A stretch of 64,000 bases of DNA, from assembly GCA_964385425.1 (NCBI GenBank), contig CAYLOQ010000002.1, forward strand, positions 12,714 to 76,713, written 5' to 3'. The notes below the pieces were generated by a model, which saw nothing but the letters and a program-made list of their open reading frames with translations, did not search any database and had not been told where the DNA came from. Position numbers and translations under genes: made by a program. Below are positions 56,854 to 64,000 of the stretch, in pieces. The stretch's first letter is position 1. Each line of letters begins with the position of its first letter. The stretch is from Candidatus Woesearchaeota archaeon. Its GTDB lineage: Archaea > Nanobdellota > Nanobdellia > Pacearchaeales > GW2011-AR1.

Positions 56854-58671
56854 TTAAAGAACAATCTCAAAATCTCCGATCTCTTTTTTGACGAGATCAA
56901 AAACCTTAGGATTTATTTCTATGCTTTTATCTGATTTTTGTTGTTCCATACACCCAGAAACCTCTTTCATGTTTGAATCCTCGACATTTTCTGTTAACTT
57001 TTTGATTTTCCCTTCTTCCTCGAACAAGAAGCTAACTCCACCACAGTGCAATAATTCGGCAACCATATTTTTTCCGGACTTTTTATACTTGAGCCTCATC
57101 CTACCTTTTTCCAGAGACACTAGATCTTTTCTTTGGGAATAATCTATTAAATCATTAATCAATACTGTTGCACTTTTTCTTGCTTCATCGACTTTGTGAG
57201 CATTTAATTTACCTTTTTTAAACTCTGCCCTTGCACTAACAACCTCCCGTAGAATTCTAAGATGCTGTTGAGTAAACTTTCCTTTCTTGACCATTTCTTT
57301 CTCAAATTCAGAAATAAGTGTTGCCTGAGCTTTCTTACCAAGTATCGCTTCTAGCAGACTGAAAACATCCTTGTGAATTTGTTCTATTGTTTTTCCCTGC
57401 GCCTTTTTCTCAATTTGTTTCCTCAATTCCTTTAATCTCTTCAGGTAATCCTCCATACCTTTAACAAGCTTATCCAGCTCTGCGCCTTTTATTTCTTTTA
57501 ATTTTTCGTGTTCATAATCTTTATAGATTCCTACAATTTTTCCTAGAATATCGACATACCTTTTTTCTAACATTTTTTCTTTATCCACAAAGATTTTTTT
57601 TGTTTCAGAGGCAAGATGTTTTGGAACAGGGGGAGGAAGTCCTTGCAGCATAAATAAAGCCTGTGTTGGGACTGTAACACCCCAATAAACATCACGGATT
57701 ACAAGGTCTAGTAATGTTTTTTTAACCATACTACTCGTCTTGTCTCCCATAGACATGAACATATCAATCGCTTCCGGACTTGGTTTTAGCTTACCCATTT
57801 TTAAAAGAGCTTTCCACGGCATGAATGTTCCCTTGTCATAAAGAGGGATCCCGTCCCTGATAAAAGTGAACATGACAGGGTGAGCATCTTTGACAGATTG
57901 CCAGAAATCAGTCAAAAGGTAGATTTGCGGCTCTAACCTGTTCTTAACCCTTGCAAGAGCAGTTGCCTCTGAAATCTGCTTATAGATCATTCCCCTCAGT
58001 CTTTCCAGCAATTCAAGACGAGGCATTCTCTTTACATCTGTATCATTGATAATCACGAAAACATCGACATCAGAATCTTTTATCGATTCCCCCCTTACTA
58101 GGCCACCCCCTATAACATAAGAAACAACATATCTATCAAACTTCTGCAAAACTAGAGACTTGTGAATTTGGGCAACCCTCAATGCTCCTAAGATTCCTGT
58201 ATCGTGGAGGGGGAAAGACATAGATATGGACTCCACCAGATCAAACTTACTATCCAAGGAAGCTTCCCAGATATCTACAGGGGTTTTAACATGTAGCCAG
58301 ATTTTTTGCTTCATGGCCTCTATTTGTTTGACTATTTCTTGTTTTATCCTTGGGATCTCTTTGAAATTTTCTTCAGGAACAACAATATAGAGGTGTACAA
58401 ATTTCTCGGTCTCTTTTGGGGCTTCTTCTTCCCGGATAAAGATTCCTATAGACTGCGGAGGAAGAATTCCTATTGCCTGTGTAAAAGGGTATTTCTTGAC
58501 GATAAAAGCCTTTAATTTTTCCAATTCTTTCTTGGTTTTCTCCATCTCTTTCTGAATTTTCTCTGTATTTTCAGCAATAACAGGTTTCTTGGTAGAGTAC
58601 TTCATATCAAGTTCCATTCCAGGAATGCCCTGTATTTCTTGATCTGTTGTTGTTTTGTTGTCCGATTCCAT
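56854..58671 (-). CDS. Nucleotidyltransferase-domain protein with HEPN-like and coiled regions
   Basis: GG.LVRG....SDVDVFVIINDTD; central part similar to 52018..52866. Confidence 0.75.
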   Translation of the reverse strand: MESDNKTTTDQEIQGIPGMELDMKYSTKKPVIAENTEKIQKEMEKTKKELEKLKAFIVKKYPFTQAIGILPPQSIGIFIREEEAPKETEKFVHLYIVVPEENFKEIPRIKQEIVKQIEAMKQKIWLHVKTPVDIWEASLDSKFDLVESISMSFPLHDTGILGALRVAQIHKSLVLQKFDRYVVSYVIGGGLVRGESIKDSDVDVFVIINDTDVKRMPRLELLERLRGMIYKQISEATALARVKNRLEPQIYLLTDFWQSVKDAHPVMFTFIRDGIPLYDKGTFMPWKALLKMGKLKPSPEAIDMFMSMGDKTSSMVKKTLLDLVIRDVYWGVTVPTQALFMLQGLPPPVPKHLASETKKIFVDKEKMLEKRYVDILGKIVGIYKDYEHEKLKEIKGAELDKLVKGMEDYLKRLKELRKQIEKKAQGKTIEQIHKDVFSLLEAILGKKAQATLISEFEKEMVKKGKFTQQHLRILREVVSARAEFKKGKLNAHKVDEARKSATVLINDLIDYSQRKDLVSLEKGRMRLKYKKSGKNMVAELLHCGGVSFLFEEEGKIKKLTENVEDSNMKEVSGCMEQQKSDKSIEINPKVFDLVKKEIGDFEIVL

Positions 58672-58770
58672 GGTAATTTATTATTTTTTTTACTTATAAA
58701 GGTTTTTGTGTGTTTATTGTCCTTGAACTCCAGAACGTAAAACATCCGGATGATTTAATGGGCTTCAGGT

Positions 58771-60855
58771 TTAATCTAAATCTTCAAAAAGTCCCCCCAC
58801 ACTGGGCTCATCCTCAACCTTTGCCGGAGGCCCTGCCGCGAGTCTTTTTTGTTTTAAGGCGCGGTTTTTTAAATGTTTATTAAAGAGAGATTTAGATCCA
58901 AAAAACAAGGGAAAACTAGAAATAAGACCCCCTAGACTTACCCAATATAAATTATTAATAGGGTCACCATCAAAAGCATAATAAATCGCTGCACCAGCAC
59001 TTCCTAAAGCCACTGGAGCCCAAGACCTAAAAGCATAATTCCTAGCTCTTTCGGCTATATGTCTCTTTTCCTCCCTATCCAACATAACATCTCCCTCTCT
59101 CGCTTTCTCTTCCAAACTAGCAGAGCTCTCTGGTTGTTCTTCTAGAGCTTCTGTTCTAAGTCTTCCATAAAAAGGACTAATCCGATTATACCAAGGACCA
59201 CTTCCACGAATATTCAAAAGTCCCTTCTGATTAACTTTTCCTCTACCAGCATAATTAACAAGACCTATTTGTTTACTTATCTCGTCTTCCGATCCCGGTT
59301 TTTTCTTCCCCAACCCTATTTTTCCTGCCACATTAAAAAAACTATACCACTGATCTCCACCCACTTCTCTAGCGTAATTTACTAGGTTACCTATAGACCA
59401 CTGATCTCCACCCACTTCTCTAGCGTAATTTACTAGATTAAACCCAGACCATTGATCTTTGCCAACTTCTCTTGCAACATTCATTAGATTAAATACTGCC
59501 CCTTGAGCTCCGCCAACTTCTCTTGCATAATTTCCTAGATTAATCAGTGATGTCTGGCCTTTACCTACTTCTCTTGCAACATTCATTAGATTCAATCCTA
59601 CCAATTGATTCCCGCCTACTTCTCTTGCAACATTTCCTAGATTCAATCCTACCAATTGATTCCCGCCTACTTCTCTTGCAACACTTATAAAATGATTAGT
59701 ATGATCTTTCCCCTTTGGATTGTAAATTGCCTTTGCTCTTGCCGCAATTACTTTTCCTCCACTTCCAACTTCTTGAACTGCTGTGATCTCTGGTTCTTCT
59801 CTTCTTTGTGGTGTCTGTGCCCTAATGGGATTCCCTCCAAGAATAGCTTCAAGTTCTGCTCTTGTCTGGGGAACTCTTTCAACTTTATATCCAAGATCAT
59901 TTGTCATCTCTAAAGCACTCTGATACCTATCCCCTCTTTCTCTTGCTGTTGCTTTTTCAATAACCCTTAAAAAATCATCAGAGACGGGAAAAGCCCCTTC
60001 TGCCCTTAAACCTTCCAAGTTCAATGCTCCAAGCCATGTATCGTGAAATCTGTCAAGATCTTTTGTCACCATTGCACCAATAATTCTTCCTAAAGAATAA
60101 ATGTCTGCAGTTTGATCTGCCTCACCATGACCCCATATTTCAGGAGAATTAAATCCAGGGGTTCCAAGAACACTTCCTGTAAAATAAGTAGCCACTCCTT
60201 CTTTGGCTTCAGAAAAATCTACAAGTGTGTATGGCCATGGTGCATCTTCTGGCATTGGAAAAATATTCTCTAGTTTTAAATCTCTATAAATAATTAATCT
60301 ACCATTTCCAGTATGTATGTGTTCGAGAATAGATCCTATAGAAAGCCCTGCTTCTCTGGCCTTTTTCTCAGAAAATGGCCCCTCTCTCTGAAGCTGTTTT
60401 CCAAGGTGGTTTCCTTTTATTAATTTCATCACAAGGTAAGGAACTTGTTCCCCCTCTTCTTCCTGGATAAAAGAACCATATGTATCAACTATTCCTGGAT
60501 GACCTCTTGATAATTTTCCTAATGAACGAGCATCACTTCTAAATGCTGTTTCTGCTTTCCTCATCTGTTCATCATTTTCAGCATCTCCAGGAGCAGGAAT
60601 AGCGTGAAAATGCCTTTTCAGTGCAACAACTCTTCCTGTTTCTGTATCATAAGCACTCTTTATCAATGAGTGTCCTCCTTTCCGAAAAACAGTTCTATCA
60701 ACAAATCTAGAAGGATCCATGTCTTCTTGGAAAGTAAGATACTCCAAGTCAACCTGTGTTGTAGGAACAATTCTAGAATTTGGTTGGCCTGAACCTGAAA
60801 TCATGGAACCATCAAATGAAAAGTATAATGGACCATTATTATTTAGAATCGTCAT
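58771..60855 (-). CDS. Hanks-type Ser/Thr protein kinase with 17-aa repeats and C-terminal TM helices
   Basis: VALK, YRDLKLEN, DFS (for DFG), GTPGFNSPE, ADIYSLG; NxAREVG repeats. Confidence 0.88.
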   Translation of the reverse strand: MTILNNNGPLYFSFDGSMISGSGQPNSRIVPTTQVDLEYLTFQEDMDPSRFVDRTVFRKGGHSLIKSAYDTETGRVVALKRHFHAIPAPGDAENDEQMRKAETAFRSDARSLGKLSRGHPGIVDTYGSFIQEEEGEQVPYLVMKLIKGNHLGKQLQREGPFSEKKAREAGLSIGSILEHIHTGNGRLIIYRDLKLENIFPMPEDAPWPYTLVDFSEAKEGVATYFTGSVLGTPGFNSPEIWGHGEADQTADIYSLGRIIGAMVTKDLDRFHDTWLGALNLEGLRAEGAFPVSDDFLRVIEKATARERGDRYQSALEMTNDLGYKVERVPQTRAELEAILGGNPIRAQTPQRREEPEITAVQEVGSGGKVIAARAKAIYNPKGKDHTNHFISVAREVGGNQLVGLNLGNVAREVGGNQLVGLNLMNVAREVGKGQTSLINLGNYAREVGGAQGAVFNLMNVAREVGKDQWSGFNLVNYAREVGGDQWSIGNLVNYAREVGGDQWYSFFNVAGKIGLGKKKPGSEDEISKQIGLVNYAGRGKVNQKGLLNIRGSGPWYNRISPFYGRLRTEALEEQPESSASLEEKAREGDVMLDREEKRHIAERARNYAFRSWAPVALGSAGAAIYYAFDGDPINNLYWVSLGGLISSFPLFFGSKSLFNKHLKNRALKQKRLAAGPPAKVEDEPSVGGLFEDLD
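59345..59683 (-). repeat. About seven 51-bp coding tandem repeats (N[VY]AREVGxxQxxxxNLx)
   Basis: Near-identical DNA units, e.g. accactgatctccacccacttctctagcgtaatttactag occurs twice. Confidence 0.85.
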
Positions 60856-61004
60856 TTCCCTTCCTCCTCTTGATTTTCCTTAAGCATCTTATTCACACTA
60901 AATTCAATAACATGAGACCTATTCCTAAAAAATCCTTCTTGTAGAGATTCTTCTATCAGTTTCAATGTTTTCTCATCAATGGTTATGCTGACTTTCTGTT
61001 TCAT
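60852..61004 (-). CDS. Ribbon-helix-helix (CopG-like) regulator
   Basis: KQKVSITID...I...F.NRSHVIE; stop overlaps the kinase start. Confidence 0.8.
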   Translation of the reverse strand: MKQKVSITIDEKTLKLIEESLQEGFFRNRSHVIEFSVNKMLKENQEEEGK

Positions 61005-61133
61005 TCCAATTATCCTACCCCGTAATATAAAAACAGATAAAATCCGATATATAAATCTTTCGTTTGTTATCATTTTAAAGAGGTAATGATATAAAGCTTA
61101 TTAAGAAATTGTAATAGAAAAAACCCCTTTTTA

Positions 61134-61406
61134 TTAAAACCTCTTTTTGTAGATCTTGTCGTGGTGATCAAAATCTTCAAATAAAATTAAGTTTTTATTT
61201 TTCTCAAATTTAAAAACTAAAACTTTTTCCCCAATCTGTACCCTCTTAAAATCTTTTAAATCATGCCTTAGATTCTTATAATGTTCACAATTAGAATTAA
61301 TAATCTCGATGATTTTCTTGATAATCCTCTCACGTGTTTTAGGATCTTTCTTAAAGAGCTTTGTCATGATGCTTTGGAGATGCGGTTGTATCTCATATTG
61401 ATACAT
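61134..61406 (-). CDS. RelE/ParE-family toxin
   Basis: KL.KKD...I.KKI.EI...YKNL..DL....RV.IG..VL.F...DHHDKIY. Confidence 0.85.
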   Translation of the reverse strand: MYQYEIQPHLQSIMTKLFKKDPKTRERIIKKIIEIINSNCEHYKNLRHDLKDFKRVQIGEKVLVFKFEKNKNLILFEDFDHHDKIYKKRF

Positions 61407-61407
61407 A

Positions 61408-61644
61408 TTACTCCCCTGTTAACTTTCTTAACTCTTCTATGCTTTTGAAAGGAATACCTTTTTGTTTATCAATTTTCATTAATTTCTTTGTATATTCAGG
61501 CCTGAGTTCAGGTTCTAAACTTTGTTCATATTCTTGGATAAGAAAAATCAAAGCTTGATCTCTATTTTTGAATCCATACTTACCCTTAACTATGTTCAAG
61601 ATTCTATTTTCTCTTTCCGGAAGTTCTATTGTTGCTTTTACCAT
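61408..61644 (-). CDS. DUF2683-like antitoxin
   Basis: NRILNIVK.KYG.K...A...EPELRPEY..KL; directly upstream of the toxin. Confidence 0.8.
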   Translation of the reverse strand: MVKATIELPERENRILNIVKGKYGFKNRDQALIFLIQEYEQSLEPELRPEYTKKLMKIDKQKGIPFKSIEELRKLTGE

Positions 61645-61730
61645 TTTACTATGTTTTATGGTGTTTTATAGTATTTATAAAACTTACTGAAACAGAAACC
61701 TTTTTAATAAAAAGAACGTAATATTTTTAT

Positions 61731-61866
61731 GGTCCTATAGTCCAGTGGTTAAGACACCTCGTTTACACGCAGAAGAACCAAGTTTCTTCCGTACCATCTC
61801 CTTTTCGTGGAGAAGCGGAAACTGCTAAAAGCCGAGGAAACAGCAGTTCGATTCTGCTTAGGACCA
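61731..61866 (+). tRNA. tRNA-Val (TAC) with 64-nt intron at 37/38 (61768-61831)
   Basis: Acceptor GGTCCTA/TAGGACC with A73, anticodon stem CCTCG/CGAGG; BHB with helix TTTA/TAAA, bulges CAC and AGC, outer helix GCAG/CTGC. Confidence 0.93.
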
Positions 61867-61915
61867 TCACCTTTTAAGTTTAACGCTCACTTTAACACAA
61901 GGAGGGTATTATAAA

Positions 61916-62533
61916 TTAGGGGCCCTTATTCTTTTTAAGATTGAGCTCAAATAGAATCTTTCTACAGCTTGTTCTTACACCTGTATGGCAAATTGCCAAT
62001 CTTGACACCTCAAATTCCAAGGGAAGACCCTTAAAATCTGTTTCGTGCACCAGAAGAGTTATATGTGGGTCATAATTCTCTCTGCTTCTTTCTTTAAACA
62101 TTGGAATTCCTCTCGAAATCGTGGTTACATCTTCTTCCTCTTTTCTGAAATACATTTTGGGCGTAGGTTCATAAGATAAGAATTTTTCTACATGATCCAT
62201 TATGGATTCATGTAGCTTTTGCAATCTTTCATTTTTGGTAATTGAAAACCAATAAGTTTTTTTTCCTTCCGAGGATTCAAAATATTTCAAGTCGGTAAGT
62301 TCAATTTTTATGGGACTGAAATCTTTAGATAAGTTTGAAATTAACCTTTCAATTTCCTCAACATTGGTTTCATCAGTACAGCCCATTGAAAGAGAAAGAT
62401 GGGGTATAAAATCGCTCTCGCTCATTAGATGCTCGGCTTGGCCTTTCTTATCCGCATTTCTTACTATTCCTTCTATTTTTGAAACAATATTTTTTGGAGG
62501 AATTAGTACAATATCTATTGCAATCTTTGCCAT
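61916..62533 (-). CDS. 2H phosphoesterase (2'-5' RNA ligase / cyclic phosphodiesterase family)
   Basis: Two Hx(S/T) motifs, PHLSL and PHITL. Confidence 0.85.
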   Translation of the reverse strand: MAKIAIDIVLIPPKNIVSKIEGIVRNADKKGQAEHLMSESDFIPHLSLSMGCTDETNVEEIERLISNLSKDFSPIKIELTDLKYFESSEGKKTYWFSITKNERLQKLHESIMDHVEKFLSYEPTPKMYFRKEEEDVTTISRGIPMFKERSRENYDPHITLLVHETDFKGLPLEFEVSRLAICHTGVRTSCRKILFELNLKKNKGP

Positions 62534-62725
62534 TTTATGTGTTTAAAATAAGTAAGTGTGACTTATAATATTTCGGATTCTCTGTAACATCCGCACCGAA
62601 TTGTGAGTTCCAAGCTAAACTAGAGTTAGGATGTTTAGTATAAAATATCCCCTAATATAAAACTTTAAATAAAATTAATCCTTCATGTTCAATAAATTAA
62701 CGAAAAGGTAGGTTTTAGCTACCCG

Positions 62726-62833
62726 CGTTTACACGCAGAAGAACCAAGTTTCTTCCGTACCATCTCCTTTTCGTGGAGAAGCGGAAACTGCTAAAAGCCG
62801 AGGAAACAGCAGTTCGATTCTGCTTGGGACCAT
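62726..62833 (+). repeat. 108-bp direct copy of the tRNA-Val anticodon loop, intron and 3' exon (att-like)
   Basis: Matches 61760-61867 with one mismatch (A61860/G62826); 5' half of the tRNA is absent. Confidence 0.93.
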
Positions 62834-62879
62834 AGCCTTCTAATAGGTTTTAAAAATTAACATTTCTACTATACTATGG

Positions 62880-63012
62880 GCGTGAGTAGTATAGTGGTTA
62901 GTATATTTCGTTGCCAATGCCCAACTTTAGAAAAGTTCGGCGCTCAAATAAGACGATCAAATAAGAGCAAAGCGAAAACGAAGTGACCCGGGTTCGACTC
63001 CCGGCTCGCGCA
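62880..63012 (+). tRNA. tRNA-Gly (GCC) with 61-nt intron at 37/38 (62917-62977)
   Basis: Acceptor GCGTGAG/CTCGCGC with A73; anticodon stem TTTCG/CGAAG; BHB helix TTGC/GCGA with 3-nt bulges; T arm CCGGG-TTCGACT-CCCGG. Confidence 0.9.
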
Positions 63013-63021
63013 TAATTTAGC

Positions 63022-63474
63022 ATGAAAAAACAAAAAACATTTTTCATTGTTCTTATAATTCTTATGATTGTTTTATTAATTTTTTTAATCCAAAATAATT
63101 TAGGGGGGACCCCTGAGGTCTGCCTTGAAGAAAATTGTTTTCTTGTTGAGCTGGCAAAAACTAACGATGAAAAATCAAAAGGGCTTATGTTTCGTGAGTT
63201 TTTGGAAGACAATCAAGGAATGTTGTTTATATATAATCTTGATGGAGAATATAATTTCTGGATGAAAAACACATTAATACCATTAGATATAATCTGGATT
63301 AATGCAGAAAGAGAAATCGTACATATCGAACACAAAGCTCAACCGTGTGATGAGCAGTGTGAAATCATAAAACCAGAAAAAAATGCTCGTTTTGTTTTAG
63401 AGATCAATGGAGGACTTGCAGAGAAGCTAGGAATAAAATTAGGGAATAAAATTGATTTTTATAATATCCTTTAA
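63022..63474 (+). CDS. DUF192 family protein
   Basis: VELA......GLMFR...GMLF, FWMKNT.IPLDIIWI and VLEINGG motifs. Confidence 0.92.
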   Translation: MKKQKTFFIVLIILMIVLLIFLIQNNLGGTPEVCLEENCFLVELAKTNDEKSKGLMFREFLEDNQGMLFIYNLDGEYNFWMKNTLIPLDIIWINAEREIVHIEHKAQPCDEQCEIIKPEKNARFVLEINGGLAEKLGIKLGNKIDFYNIL

Positions 63475-63632
63475 TAAATACGCCTGGAACAAAATTACTG
63501 TGTGGATTTTGCGCTCGTGATGAAATCACGCCCTGACCATGCGTTAAGTAGAAATGAGAACGCCTTGTTTATTATATGGATAAATTAAGAAGTTGAAATT
63601 TTTATATTTTTCTGAAAAGTCCCATTAGAGAA

Positions 63633-63944
63633 TTATCTTTCTTCAGAACCAAAAGCTAATTTTTCTATTCTTGTTCTTTCTATCAACCCATCGTATTGAT
63701 CAGGAAAATTAGTTTCAAGATACTGATTTAAAGGAATATAAAGTCCGGGAGTTTCTGAATTTTCTAAAAAGAGGAAATCTGTACCATGTTCATAAATTCT
63801 TATAATTGGAGGTAGACTATCTCTTTCAAAAATTTTTAGTTGGTTAACATTTGATGTTGCTTCGCTTCTAAGATGGATAAGACCAGCCACTCCCAGCGAT
63901 CCACAAGCAAATCCCATTATTAATCCACTATTAAAACTATTCAT
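63633..63944 (-). CDS. Hypothetical single-TM protein
   Basis: 103-aa ORF with N-terminal hydrophobic helix. Confidence 0.55.
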   Translation of the reverse strand: MNSFNSGLIMGFACGSLGVAGLIHLRSEATSNVNQLKIFERDSLPPIIRIYEHGTDFLFLENSETPGLYIPLNQYLETNFPDQYDGLIERTRIEKLAFGSEER

Positions 63945-64000
63945 ATTCCCCCCACAATTTAGTCCTTTTTAAACATTTCTGTGATAGAAAACGCCCACGC

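Noticed and set aside
59345..59683. CRISPR array
   Set aside because: The repeats are in-frame 51-bp coding units without unique spacers, and no cas genes are in the window.
62866..62897. Upstream sequence complementary to the tRNA-Gly D arm
   Set aside because: Most of it lies upstream of the likely transcription start inferred from the TATA at 62848; probably chance.
62898..63212. ORFs overlapping tRNA genes (also 9674..9925) and the many antisense ORFs in the track
   Set aside because: They are shadows of tRNAs or of well-supported genes on the opposite strand, with no recognisable motifs.
63517..63560. C/D box sRNA (GTGATGA...CTGA)
   Set aside because: Only 9 nt separate the boxes, no terminal D box follows the C'-like ATGAGA, and the segment is equally explained by a short hairpin.

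Overview
AT-rich archaeal chromosome segment. The ribosomal proteins S24e, S27ae, L10e and L35ae, Rpo7, Spt4, Dph6, a class III pilin, TATA-box promoters, mostly leaderless genes and tRNA introns with bulge-helix-bulge (BHB) motifs point, by inference, to a DPANN archaeon of the Pacearchaeota/Woesearchaeota type. Housekeeping blocks are nrdR-nrdJ-MazG-cobO, lhr-metallophosphoesterase, PIN-rpo7-spt4-rps24e-rps27ae, scpA, dph6, hisS, gltX, rpl10e and rpl35ae. They are interleaved with accessory DNA: an island at about 17.7-36 kb (defence-like genes, Cys-rich and S-layer-like surface proteins), two toxin-antitoxin pairs and a repeat-bearing Ser/Thr kinase. The main observations read directly from the DNA are: (1) a tRNA(UAA)-like gene nested inside a second acceptor-like stem, with the promoter spacing pointing to the outer stem as the start; (2) a 3.2-kb cargo-carrying DDE transposon with terminal inverted repeats and a 9-bp target duplication; (3) a free-standing LAGLIDADG endonuclease lying between an orphaned lhr 5' end and a synonymously recoded replacement 5' end; (4) a 108-bp duplication of an intron-containing tRNA-Val 3' half bracketing a 2H phosphoesterase gene; (5) tandem bacterial-type NrdR boxes straddling an archaeal TATA box; (6) an 8-kb segment bounded by 18-bp inverted repeats. 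No CRISPR array or rRNA was seen. All product calls come from motif recognition, not database searches.
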